Shown here piece by piece: positions 21,875-30,330 of a DNA stretch of 43,512 nt. The DNA comes from a virus (lineage: Duplodnaviria; Heunggongvirae; Uroviricota; Caudoviricetes). The position numbers and the translations under genes are program-made. Where the stretch lies: the IMG/VR virus record IMGVR_UViG_2563366800_000009, positions 1 to 43,512 of that record; one strand, written 5' to 3'. Under the pieces are notes generated by a model. The model ran no database searches. It was given only the letters and a program-made list of their open reading frames with translations, and was not told the DNA's origin. How positions within the stretch are numbered: position 1 is the stretch's first letter; each line of letters opens with the position of its first letter.

Positions 21875-22405
21875 TCACACCATCCCGGGCAAATACATTT
21901 GCACTTCATTTGCCGCTCTCTCGCGTGCAACATGAAGCAATCTTTTTCGCCCACCAACGCCCCACTTAGCCATTTGGCTTGCGCACTGGCTTATCGCTTT
22001 GGTTTCAGTATTGATGATGTGATCGATTCTATTCAGACGGGACATTGCGCCAACGCCGAGACGGACAACCGTTTTGAAAACTTCATAAACTTCGATTTCA
22101 AATTCCGGCTTAATCCATGCTGCATATCTGATTGCCAGAAGTTCAACACCCCACACACCTGGTTCTGCACCACCTTTGATTATTTTAAGTGGTTGAATTT
22201 GTTCCAAAGTGCTTTTTTGCACTTTGGCCTCCAGTGCTTTTATGAAGCGTTTTATCTGCGCGCTACGCAAAAACTGGCTTGGGCGCTGTTGCTCTGTAGC
22301 CTCTCCATTTGCAACTGCTGCTGCATGGAGATCGTTTAAGTTGTAGCGTCCATCCTCATCAACACGAACGGACACACCATTGACAATAACTGTTGGGTAC
22401 TTCAT
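21875..22405 (-). CDS. KilA-N domain protein
   Basis: N-terminal region with YNLNDLH-type KilA-N signature; 176 aa. Confidence 0.6.
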   Translation of the reverse strand: MKYPTVIVNGVSVRVDEDGRYNLNDLHAAAVANGEATEQQRPSQFLRSAQIKRFIKALEAKVQKSTLEQIQPLKIIKGGAEPGVWGVELLAIRYAAWIKPEFEIEVYEVFKTVVRLGVGAMSRLNRIDHIINTETKAISQCASQMAKWGVGGRKRLLHVARERAANEVQMYLPGMV

Positions 22406-22549
22406 CAGTGATTACCTTTTAGTGATGAACCTTGTCACACAGGATTCCGGCCCACAGAAAGGCACCGATCACCAAACCGGCATCCTCAAGGGTCATCCTG
22501 AAAGGTTCTGTGTTCAGAAGTCGCGCGTGTGAAGCGCGTTTGTTGCAGA

Positions 22550-22577
22550 TATAAAAAAGCCCCGCGAATGCGAGGCT
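22550..22577 (-). terminator. Putative rho-independent terminator downstream of Rz
   Basis: Imperfect GC hairpin followed by TTTTTTAT on the minus strand. Confidence 0.4.
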
Positions 22578-22750
22578 AAACCCTGGTATTTGTAATGACT
22601 GGCTCTTATCTCAACGCAGCCCCTTACCGCGCGCCAGATGCTCAATATCAAGCATCAGCAATGAGATGTTTAATCTGGATTCACTCCAGAAGTGATCACC
22701 ACCCTGTCTACAGAGCCAGATGTGAAGGATGATGAGTAAAATTATCGCTA

Positions 22751-23188
22751 TCATCGAAGGCATTGCGTCCTGATGTATTCCTGCAAGTAGTTAACCTGCG
22801 CGGTTATCCTGTCGATTCCGCTTCGTAGACGGTAATAATTGAGTTCAGCATCTGCTGTAAGTCTTGGGCTTTCTCCATCGCCCATGCTGCTGGCTCCGGT
22901 CGTTGACTTTGCACAGGTGGCGGCGACTTGCAGGCGCTTACGACCAGCAGAAACATCAGCACGGAGACTTTCGATAGTCGCATTAGCATCAGCAAGCTCC
23001 TTTGTGTATCTGGCGTCAAGTTCTGCTACATCACGTTGACGCTTCTGCATGTCAGCGATTGTGGATGCGGCCTTATCGCGCTGCTCTTTGTAGGTCATGG
23101 CGTTATCACGGTAATGATTAACCGCCCATGACAGGCAGACGATGATGCAGATAACCAGAGCGGAGATAATCGCGGTGACTCTGCTCAT
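22751..23188 (-). CDS. Rz: Rz i-spanin
   Basis: N-terminal TM helix then coiled coil; directly downstream of endolysin. Confidence 0.85.
   Translation of the reverse strand: MSRVTAIISALVICIIVCLSWAVNHYRDNAMTYKEQRDKAASTIADMQKRQRDVAELDARYTKELADANATIESLRADVSAGRKRLQVAATCAKSTTGASSMGDGESPRLTADAELNYYRLRSGIDRITAQVNYLQEYIRTQCLR
22804..22989 (-). CDS. Rz1: Rz1 o-spanin lipoprotein embedded in Rz in the +1 frame
   Basis: Lipobox-like LLVVSAC followed by Pro-rich segment, nested in Rz. Confidence 0.6.
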   Translation of the reverse strand: MLMRLSKVSVLMFLLVVSACKSPPPVQSQRPEPAAWAMEKAQDLQQMLNSIITVYEAESTG

Positions 23189-23661
23189 ACCTCAATCTCT
23201 CTGACCGTTCCGCCTGCTTCTTTGAATTTTGCAATCAGGTTGTCAGCCTTATGCTCGAACTGACCATAACCAGCGCCCGGCAGTGAAGCCCAGATATTGC
23301 TGCAACGGTCGATAGCCTGACGAATATCACCGCGATCAATCATCGGTAAAGCGCCACGCTCCTTAATCTGCTGCAGTGCAACAGCGTCCTGGCTTTTTGG
23401 AGAGAAGTCTTTCAGGCCAAGCTGCTTACGATAGGCATCCCACCAACGTGAAAGAAGTTGGTAACGTCCTGCGGCTGTTGATTTGAGTTTGGGGTTTAGC
23501 GTGACAAGTTTGCGAGGGTGATCGGAGTAATCAGTGAATAGCTCTCCGCCAACAATGACGTCATAACCATGATTTCTGGTTTTCTGACGTCCGTTATCTG
23601 TTCCCTCTGACCATGCCAGCATATCGAGGAACGCCTTACGTTGATTATTGATTTCCACCAT
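23185..23661 (-). CDS. R: Endolysin, lambda R-type lytic transglycosylase
   Basis: [39 protein letters not shown]... essentially the lambda R sequence. Confidence 0.9.
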   Translation of the reverse strand: MVEINNQRKAFLDMLAWSEGTDNGRQKTRNHGYDVIVGGELFTDYSDHPRKLVTLNPKLKSTAAGRYQLLSRWWDAYRKQLGLKDFSPKSQDAVALQQIKERGALPMIDRGDIRQAIDRCSNIWASLPGAGYGQFEHKADNLIAKFKEAGGTVREIEV

Positions 23662-23968
23662 CTTCTACTCCGGCTTTTTTAGCAGCGAAGCGTTTGATAA
23701 GCGAACCAATCGAGTCAGTACCGATGTAGCCGATAAACACGCTCGTGATATAAGCGAGATTGCTACTTAGTCCGGCGAAGTCGAGAAGGTCACGAATGAA
23801 CCAGGCGATAATGGCGCACATCGTTGCGTCGATTACTGTTTTTGTAAACGCACCGCCATTATACCTGCCGCGAAGGTACGCCATTGCAAACGCAAGGATT
23901 GCCCCGATGCCTTGTTCCTTTGCCGCGAGAATGGCGGCTAACAGGTCATGTTTTTCTGGCATCTTCAT
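23645..23968 (-). CDS. S: Holin, lambda S-type
   Basis: [39 protein letters not shown]... essentially lambda S, with dual-start motif. Confidence 0.9.
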   Translation of the reverse strand: MKMPEKHDLLAAILAAKEQGIGAILAFAMAYLRGRYNGGAFTKTVIDATMCAIIAWFIRDLLDFAGLSSNLAYITSVFIGYIGTDSIGSLIKRFAAKKAGVEDGGNQ

Positions 23969-24210
23969 GTCTTACCCCCAATAAGGGGATTTGCTCTATT
24001 TAATTAGGAATAAGGTCGATTACTGATAGAACAAATCCAGGCTACTGTGTTTAGTAATCAGATTTGTTCGTGACCGATATGCACGGGCAAAACGGCAGGA
24101 GGTTGTTAGCGCAACCTCATGCCACCCGCTTTCACGAAGGTCATGTGTAGAAGGCCGCAGCGTAACTATCACTGATGAATTCAGGATAGCCAGTGGCTAC
24201 GGCTCAGTTA

Positions 24211-24286
24211 TGGTGCTGGTTAACGGACTTGAACCGCTACCCATTCGCTTACAAGGCGACTGCTCTACCATTGGAGCTAAACCAGC
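24211..24286 (-). tRNA. Phage-encoded tRNA-Thr-like gene (anticodon UGU)
   Basis: Cloverleaf read by eye: acceptor GCTGGTT/AACCAGC, D-arm GCTC-CAATGGTA-GAGC, anticodon loop CTTGTAA, T-loop TTCAAGT, discriminator A, CCA; one anticodon-stem mismatch. Confidence 0.6.
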
Positions 24287-24291
24287 ATGTT

Positions 24292-24366
24292 TGGCGGGAC
24301 AGCGTGGACTCGAACCACGATAAGAAGGTTAACAGCCTTCCGTAATGACCTTTATACGACTGACCC
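24292..24366 (-). tRNA. Phage-encoded tRNA-Asn-like gene (anticodon GUU), possibly degenerate
   Basis: Anticodon arm GAAGG-CTGTTAA-CCTTC, T-arm CGTGG-TTCGAGT-CCACG, 3' GCCA; acceptor stem has a T-T mismatch and the D-stem is only 3 bp. Confidence 0.4.
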
Positions 24367-24457
24367 AAATAAAAAAAGCCACCGTTGCAACTTAAGAGTC
24401 ACTAACGGCAGCTTATGCGAATAGTGTTGCTCATTTGCTCAATGATGTCAACACGTT

Positions 24458-24946
24458 CTATGCTACATGTTTAATTTTCTCTACACGTTTCCGGTTTTTA
24501 AACGCACTATCCAGAACTGGGTAAATCATAAACAACGAAGCATTGAGGATTTCGTCAACTTCCCGGCGACAGGTTGCGAGCGATGGTTTTTGAATACGCC
24601 CGCCGCCCCGGCATAACATCTTGCGAGGTCTTGCGACACGATGATAGTAAGATGCAATGGCATGCTTGGAAGATCCATGAGCGTAGTAGCTGAGGAGGAT
24701 GCCAAAGGCTTTCTTGTCAATGCACATGACGGAATCGACGACCTGAGAAATCAACATTCCATCATCATCATTACACATTGGCCTTGTCATAACTCTTCCC
24801 GGCTCTACGCTCTCCATGAACTTCGCTATTACGCTGCTCATGCGCTTTTCCAGACGACCTGAATAAACCCATGCGCCCCACAGTTCAAGCCAGCCATTCA
24901 GCCAATCGTGCTGTTCTTTGGTGAGGTTTATTTCTCTTATGCTCAT
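24458..24946 (-). CDS. Q: Late-gene antiterminator Q
   Basis: WGAW and C-x-DDD motifs resembling Q proteins of the phage 21/933W type; lies between nin region and lysis genes. Confidence 0.7.
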   Translation of the reverse strand: MSIREINLTKEQHDWLNGWLELWGAWVYSGRLEKRMSSVIAKFMESVEPGRVMTRPMCNDDDGMLISQVVDSVMCIDKKAFGILLSYYAHGSSKHAIASYYHRVARPRKMLCRGGGRIQKPSLATCRREVDEILNASLFMIYPVLDSAFKNRKRVEKIKHVA

Positions 24947-25131
24947 CGTCTTCCCCTCTTGCCCTGTTTGACCATCAGGACGCCGTTAACTATTACGTGA
25001 CGCTCGCCTTTGCTGTCTCGGTTGTACTTGAGCACTGTTCCTCTTGCGCAGGAAAGCATCCTTGCCACTTCGGTCTGATTGCCTCGTGTCTGGATAAGAA
25101 GCTCTGGTATCGTTTGAATTGTGGCGTTCAT
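24943..25131 (-). CDS. Hypothetical small protein (62 aa) between rusA and Q
   Basis: ORF overlapping Q start and rusA end. Confidence 0.4.
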   Translation of the reverse strand: MNATIQTIPELLIQTRGNQTEVARMLSCARGTVLKYNRDSKGERHVIVNGVLMVKQGKRGRR

Positions 25132-25490
25132 GCGTTCTCCAGTTCGGTGATTTTTATTCCAAGCCTTCCACCTGGTACTTTCACACCACGAATTACGCGA
25201 ATGTCATCGAATTGCTCGTCGTCTTCCGCAAATCCGGCGTGGATAAGGGAGTCGAGTAAACCTTTCAGGATGTTGTCGAGGTCGCGGCGGCGGGAGTCCG
25301 GAACGTCTGCGATTACTTTGATGCGGAGTCGTGATTTGGTGAAAATGTCTAACTTAAGTTGGCGGATGATTTGCTGAACGTCTTTTCGGTATTTCTGGCC
25401 TTTATCGCTGATGTAGTATTGGCTTCCCCGTCTTCGCCAGTAGGTATTCACCGACGGCGGGTATGGAAGCACAAACTGATATTCGTTCAT
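25128..25490 (-). CDS. rusA: Holliday junction resolvase RusA
   Basis: 120 aa with RRRDLDN motif and overall match to RusA. Confidence 0.9.
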   Translation of the reverse strand: MNEYQFVLPYPPSVNTYWRRRGSQYYISDKGQKYRKDVQQIIRQLKLDIFTKSRLRIKVIADVPDSRRRDLDNILKGLLDSLIHAGFAEDDEQFDDIRVIRGVKVPGGRLGIKITELENA

Positions 25491-25777
25491 GGCTTAATCT
25501 TCCCCTCCTTCAGTAGTATCGCCTGCGTCCTGATCACGCCTTCGAGGTGGTAAAGTCTGGCGTCTTTGTTGTCGAGATTATGGGTGCGTCGGTCGATTTC
25601 ATCGTGACACGCGCTACAAGCCCATGCGCCGATCATGTCGTCAGGTTTCATTCCCGTTCCGCAAATTCCAGCCATCCGGTAATGTGCCAGAACTGTAGTT
25701 TCAGGATTGCCATTGCATATGCCGTAAATACGTACCTGGCATTCTCTGCCACGTGCTTCTTTGCGTAGATTAGCCAT
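25487..25777 (-). CDS. ybcO: YbcO-like protein (DUF1364), putative nuclease
   Basis: 96 aa, Cys/His-rich; position upstream of rusA as in DLP12. Confidence 0.65.
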   Translation of the reverse strand: MANLRKEARGRECQVRIYGICNGNPETTVLAHYRMAGICGTGMKPDDMIGAWACSACHDEIDRRTHNLDNKDARLYHLEGVIRTQAILLKEGKIKP

Positions 25778-25982
25778 TTACCTTCCCTCGCAATTGAAGA
25801 ATTGACTGAAGGTCTTTTTTAATAAATATGCGAGTGCGAATTGAGCAGTAGTTTTCCTTCATTCTGGCGTAGTAATAGTCCTTTCTTTGCTTAAGTTTGT
25901 TGGCATCCGCTGTCATCCAGTCTTTTACAGCAAACTTAATTAACCAGCGGTGGCAGAGATACCATTTCAGGTAATCACTCAT
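25770..25982 (-). CDS. Hypothetical 70-aa nin-region protein
   Basis: ORF overlapping the upstream small gene. Confidence 0.45.
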   Translation of the reverse strand: MSDYLKWYLCHRWLIKFAVKDWMTADANKLKQRKDYYYARMKENYCSIRTRIFIKKDLQSILQLRGKVNG

Positions 25983-26145
25983 CGTCTTCTTCCTCGTACA
26001 TTGAGCTATTCGGATCGCTCATCAGTTCTGCGCAGCAGTGCTCACACACATGAACTTCCAGCACATGCAGCTTCTGACCGCAGTTAGCACACGTTAAAGC
26101 TCGCTCGACGCTTTCTTGTTCGTAACTTCGATTTTGGTCAATCAC
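25975..26145 (-). CDS. Small zinc-ribbon nin-region protein (NinD/NinF-like), 56 aa
   Basis: Not in ORF track; GTG start with GAGG RBS; CANCG...CEHCC motif. Confidence 0.45.
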   Translation of the reverse strand: MIDQNRSYEQESVERALTCANCGQKLHVLEVHVCEHCCAELMSDPNSSMYEEEDDE

Positions 26146-26324
26146 CTTGTTTTCCTCGCACGTTCTCTAAGCCACCGGATATCCCACAGGTGAGCCGTGT
26201 AGTTGAAGGTTTTTACATCAGATTCTTTTGGGATTGGCTTGCGTTTATTTCTGGAGCGTTTCGTTGGAAGGTATTTGCAGTTTTCGCAGATTATGTCGGT
26301 GATACTTCGTCGCTGTCGTCTCAT
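26142..26324 (-). CDS. ninE: NinE-like protein
   Basis: [27 protein letters not shown]... recognised as NinE family; start at internal Met. Confidence 0.65.
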   Translation of the reverse strand: MRRQRRSITDIICENCKYLPTKRSRNKRKPIPKESDVKTFNYTAHLWDIRWLRERARKTR

Positions 26325-26731
26325 TCGTACCTCCTGTCGGTAAATCTGACACCCTGACCAATAGCCCATGCTGTCGTGTACTCAATCAGACTTGCCATAC
26401 GCTTCACACTCATCTGCGCGCTGCTTTCGCGAATGTTGACGTATTCGCCTTCAAGCCCGGGCAAAACATCAGCTTCCTGCTTTGTTGCCACTGCATGACC
26501 GCTTATCAACAAAACCTTCCATTGCTCTGGTTTTAACCATTTGCCGCACCATTGAACCTGACAAGCGATATCCGCCAGCATCGCGTGAAATTTTGCGTTC
26601 TGGTCAAGGTTGCGCTTGTAGTCAGTAATGCGGATGGTGACTGGCTTGTCTTTATCGAGTGGTGTTGCGAGGATGGCGTTGATTGCGGCTTGCTGTTGTT
26701 GCTTACTTCGGAGGAAGATTGTTTGCTTCAT
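26321..26731 (-). CDS. ninB: Recombination protein NinB
   Basis: Resembles lambda NinB ([25 protein letters not shown]...); start at MKQTIFL. Confidence 0.85.
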   Translation of the reverse strand: MKQTIFLRSKQQQQAAINAILATPLDKDKPVTIRITDYKRNLDQNAKFHAMLADIACQVQWCGKWLKPEQWKVLLISGHAVATKQEADVLPGLEGEYVNIRESSAQMSVKRMASLIEYTTAWAIGQGVRFTDRRYE

Positions 26732-26769
26732 CGTTACTCCTTCACTTTGACTCCAGCAGCGCGAATCCG

Positions 26770-27015
26770 TCATTCGCATTCACTAATTGCGTCGTTATAA
26801 CCAAATGTGACCCCATCCTCGAAATCGGTAGAAAATGCCTCACGCTCTCTTTTTCCAGGACACTCAATCTCAATAGCTGCTCGCGATGCCTGCCACGCTT
26901 GCCAATACATCTCAACCATATTGGCGTATATTTTATTTTTATGATCACATCCGGTGTAATTTTCAAACCATTCTTCAAACTGCTTTCTTGATTCGTCCAT
27001 ATTCCTCTCCATCAC
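26770..27015 (-). CDS. Hypothetical 81-aa protein
   Basis: ORF in nin region. Confidence 0.45.
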   Translation of the reverse strand: MMERNMDESRKQFEEWFENYTGCDHKNKIYANMVEMYWQAWQASRAAIEIECPGKREREAFSTDFEDGVTFGYNDAISECE

Positions 27016-27338
27016 TAGACTTTGTGCTGTTCTGAAATAACACGAGAAAATGCCTCACGCCGCCATTCTTTGCTGCGCTCAATGTCATCCTGCATATCTT
27101 TAAATTCGACATTTTTCCTTGATTTCTGCAAGGTGTAACCGCATCGGGCCATGTACCAAAGAAAGGTGTCAATAACATAGATATGCCCATCTCTGGCATT
27201 ACCGTTTTCGTTAGCATTCCCAATTGTGTCGTGCATAGCATTAAACACATCTTTCTGGTCGTGAAAGTCGCGTAGAAAGCCAGGAAGATATTCGCCGCTT
27301 TGCAACCATTCAATTAATCCATTTTCGTTACTCATCAT
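27015..27338 (-). CDS. Hypothetical 107-aa protein
   Basis: ORF in nin region. Confidence 0.45.
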   Translation of the reverse strand: MMSNENGLIEWLQSGEYLPGFLRDFHDQKDVFNAMHDTIGNANENGNARDGHIYVIDTFLWYMARCGYTLQKSRKNVEFKDMQDDIERSKEWRREAFSRVISEQHKV

Positions 27339-27362
27339 CCCTCTCCGTCAGCGTGCTGGATG

Positions 27363-27551
27363 TTAGTTAAGTAGCGTAAATGTGTAATCGTCATCGTGTA
27401 GTACTTCGTCGTGCACATAAATAAATCCGCCTTCATGTGTAATGTACAGATCGCCTAAATCATCTCGCTCAGGCTCAATATGACGCTGGCAGAATGGGCA
27501 ATACTGCGCATGTTTAGATGGTTCACTCACGCTATCACCTCTCACTTCCAA
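27363..27551 (-). CDS. Hypothetical 62-aa protein with C-x-x-C motif
   Basis: ORF in nin region. Confidence 0.35.
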   Translation of the reverse strand: MEVRGDSVSEPSKHAQYCPFCQRHIEPERDDLGDLYITHEGGFIYVHDEVLHDDDYTFTLLN

Positions 27552-27633
27552 TCCAATAAAAAAGGGCTACTGTGTAAATAGTCCCTGTTATTAGCTCAGT
27601 GATGTAGATGGTCATTGCTTCATCTCCCTTTCC

Positions 27634-27641
27634 ATTTCATC
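27634..27641. repeat. Left copy of 8-bp target-site duplication ATTTCATC
   Basis: Identical to 30083-30090. Confidence 0.8.
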
Positions 27642-27678
27642 GTAAGCGTGCAGCAAGAACCGTATTGACGGGGATGTG

Positions 27679-29217
27679 TTATTCAGTCGGCAGTGCTACG
27701 CGCCAGGGGAGCAGTTCGCCGACCCGGTTTATCGGCCAGTCGGCTATGACGTCAAGGACATAGCGGAGGTAGCTTTCTGGCTCCACTCCGTTCAGTTTGC
27801 ACGTCCCGATCAGGCTGTACAGCAGCGCTCCCCGCTCTCCTCCATGATCCGAACCGAAGAACAGGTAGTTTTTGCGGCCCAGACTGACCATCCGCAACGC
27901 ATTTTCAGCGATGTTATTGTCCGCCTCAGCCCAGCCATCATCTGCATAGTACGTCAGCGCCGGCCACTGGTTCAGGGCGTATGCGAACGCTTTCGCCAGT
28001 TCTGAGTGTCGCGACAGGGTTTTCATCTTTTCACGCAGCCAGCTTTCCAGGGATTTCAGCAGCGGTTTCGTTTTCAACTGACGTTCGGCAAGGCGCTGCT
28101 CCGCCGTCATTCCCCTTATCTCTGCCTCGATGGCGTACAGTTCGCCGATCCGTTTCAGCGCTTCCTCCGTCAGGGCTGACGGGGTGCGAACGTGCACATC
28201 GTGGATTTTACGGCGGGCGTGAGCCCAACAGGCGGCTTCCGTTATCCGGCCATCCCGGTACAGCTCGTTGAACCCGGCGTATGCATCCGCCTGCAGTACA
28301 CCACTGAACCCCGCAAGATGGGTCTGCGGATGGATGCCTTTTCTGTCCGGGCTGTAAGCGAACCACACCGCCGGCGCCAGCGTTGACCCGGCGTTACGGT
28401 CGTCACGAACGTAGGTCCATAACCGCCCGGTCTTCGTTTTCTTATTGCCTGGCAACAGCACCGGGACAGGCGTGTCATCAGCATGGAGCTTACCGTCAGT
28501 CAGCACATAGTCCTGAAGCGCTTCTTCCAGCGGTGACAGTAGCCGGCAGCATGCATCCACCCAGCCCGACAGCAGTGAACGACTCAGCTCCACGCCCTGG
28601 CGGCCGTACATTTCAGACTGGCGGTACAGCGGGGTGTGCTCTGCATACTTTGAGATCAGCACGCGGGCCAGCAGCCCCGGTCCTGCGATACCCCGCTCGA
28701 TGGGCCGTGAAGGCGCGGGGGCCTGCACGATGGCATCGCACTGAGTACAGGCATGCTTTTCACGTACAGTCCGGATAACCCGGAAGACGCTGCGCATCAA
28801 CTCCAGCTGTTCGGCGGCATCCTCACCCAGATAGCTCAGTGAGCCTCCACATTCCGGGCAGCATGACGCTGCCGGCAGCAGCCGTTTTTCATCGCGGGGG
28901 AGTGATTCGGGGAACGGTTTGCGGGTGCGGGTTTGACGCAGCGGGCGCTGCACGGCCGGGGCGTCAACCCGACCGGTAAGGGTATCACTTTCTTTCTGAA
29001 GTGCCTTCAGGTCAGCTTCCATCTGTGCGATACGACGGGAGACTTTTTCGGAGCGGCTGCCGAAGTTCATCCGGCGCAGCTTATCCAGCTGTGCCTGCAG
29101 ATGGTCTATTTCGCGTTCACGCTCGTTCAGCTTTTCCAGCAGGGCACGGTTCAGCGCCTCCTGTTCGGCAAGGAGACGTTTCAGTGCATTGATATCGTCA
29201 GGAAGTGAGCTGCTCAT
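27679..29217 (-). CDS. tnpC: IS66-family transposase TnpC (orf3)
   Basis: 512 aa with coiled-coil N-terminus, CPECG zinc motif and DDE-type core typical of IS66 transposases. Confidence 0.9.
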   Translation of the reverse strand: MSSSLPDDINALKRLLAEQEALNRALLEKLNEREREIDHLQAQLDKLRRMNFGSRSEKVSRRIAQMEADLKALQKESDTLTGRVDAPAVQRPLRQTRTRKPFPESLPRDEKRLLPAASCCPECGGSLSYLGEDAAEQLELMRSVFRVIRTVREKHACTQCDAIVQAPAPSRPIERGIAGPGLLARVLISKYAEHTPLYRQSEMYGRQGVELSRSLLSGWVDACCRLLSPLEEALQDYVLTDGKLHADDTPVPVLLPGNKKTKTGRLWTYVRDDRNAGSTLAPAVWFAYSPDRKGIHPQTHLAGFSGVLQADAYAGFNELYRDGRITEAACWAHARRKIHDVHVRTPSALTEEALKRIGELYAIEAEIRGMTAEQRLAERQLKTKPLLKSLESWLREKMKTLSRHSELAKAFAYALNQWPALTYYADDGWAEADNNIAENALRMVSLGRKNYLFFGSDHGGERGALLYSLIGTCKLNGVEPESYLRYVLDVIADWPINRVGELLPWRVALPTE

Positions 29218-29265
29218 ACCGGGTATATTACCAGGCTCATTCAGCGTCGACCAGGATAAAGAGGC

Positions 29266-29613
29266 TTACAACATAGTCAGGGACGTAAGCAGTCTTTTAG
29301 GCTGCCGCCAGTCGATACCTTCAAGGAGCATCGCCAGCTGTGCCGGTGTGAGGAACACTTTGCCATCCCGGGCTGACGGCCAGGCGAAGCGGCCGCGCTC
29401 CAGCCGTTTGGTCAGCAGACACAGTCCATCGCCGGTAGACCAGAGGAGCTTTACCTGACTGCCATTACGCCCACGGAAGATAAAAACGTGACCTGACATC
29501 GGATCGTCTTTCAGCGTCGTCTGCACCTTTGCCGCCAGGCCGTTGAAGCCATTTCTCATATCGGTGATACCGGCAACCAGCCAAATTTTTGTCCCGGAAG
29601 GTAACGGGATCAT
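29266..29613 (-). CDS. tnpB: IS66-family accessory protein TnpB (orf2)
   Basis: 115 aa, MIPLPSGTKIWLVAGITDMRNGFNGLAAKV typical of IS66 orf2. Confidence 0.85.
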   Translation of the reverse strand: MIPLPSGTKIWLVAGITDMRNGFNGLAAKVQTTLKDDPMSGHVFIFRGRNGSQVKLLWSTGDGLCLLTKRLERGRFAWPSARDGKVFLTPAQLAMLLEGIDWRQPKRLLTSLTML

Positions 29614-30011
29614 CGCTTCAGTTCCTGTATCAGCAGAGTCAGGAGCTTTTCGCTGACATTGCCATTGAAGCGGAGCGTCCCGTGCCGGAACGTTACCTCA
29701 CAGCTGATACTGAGGGTTTTCGGGTCCTCTGCGAGCGATTCTGGCTGTTCGGCAGCTGCATCGAGAGTCACAGGAAGTAGCTGGGGGCTCTCTGAAGAAG
29801 GTAATAGCAGCTTTCCCTCGCGCCATTGTTGTCGCCATTTGAACAACAGATTGGCGTTAATGCCATTTTCAAGAGCAAGTTTTGAGATGGATATCCCGGG
29901 TTCACAGGAGGCAGCAACGAGCTGCTGTTTAAATTCGGGAGGATAATTAGGGCTGCCTTTTCGCCTGCCGGGAGTCACATTTTTCTGCATATCTGACACT
30001 TTGGTTCCCAC
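29610..30011 (-). CDS. tnpA: IS66-family accessory protein TnpA (orf1)
   Basis: 133 aa, overlapping tnpB as in IS66 elements. Confidence 0.8.
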   Translation of the reverse strand: MGTKVSDMQKNVTPGRRKGSPNYPPEFKQQLVAASCEPGISISKLALENGINANLLFKWRQQWREGKLLLPSSESPQLLPVTLDAAAEQPESLAEDPKTLSISCEVTFRHGTLRFNGNVSEKLLTLLIQELKR

Positions 30012-30078
30012 TACTTATTTGGTGGACACCACTTTGTCTAATTCGTCAGATTCTGACCAGACGGTTCAGGCTGTACGC

Positions 30079-30330
30079 TTACATTTCATCAATGTCAACG
30101 TCATCAGGAAGATGGGAGCAATACGCCGCTATACCATGATGATTTATCTCATACCCTTTGAACGTTACCATCTGGCGCGTAATCTCAACTTCGTTCAGGA
30201 ATCCGTCATCGCATAACTGCCTGGCTATTTTCGATTTGGTCTGGATTATTGGTAGTGCCTGTTCTTTCAAAGCGCATGATATTTGTGCATCCCATGCCTT
30301 TTCGAGAATGGCTAATTGTTTTTTATTCAT
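30079..30330 (-). pseudogene. Small phage gene downstream of helicase whose last 6 codons are replaced by the IS66 end (C-terminally truncated)
   Basis: ORF runs into the IS right end and stops at TAA inside GTAAGCG; joining the flanks restores ...DIDEMEREMKQ-stop. Confidence 0.55.
30083..30090. repeat. Right copy of 8-bp target-site duplication ATTTCATC
   Basis: Identical to 27634-27641. Confidence 0.8.

Larger units (their letters stand above)
27642..30082 (-). mobile_element. IS66-family insertion sequence (ISEc8-like size, 2441 bp) with three-ORF transposase operon
   Basis: Ends GTAAGCGTGCAGC... and ...GGCTGTACGCTTAC (imperfect terminal inverted repeats); flanked by 8-bp direct repeat ATTTCATC. 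Confidence 0.85.

Noticed and set aside
24001-24210. A third tRNA between the holin and the tRNA-Thr-like gene
   Set aside because: No segment folds into a cloverleaf with a T-loop and CCA-proximal acceptor stem by eye.
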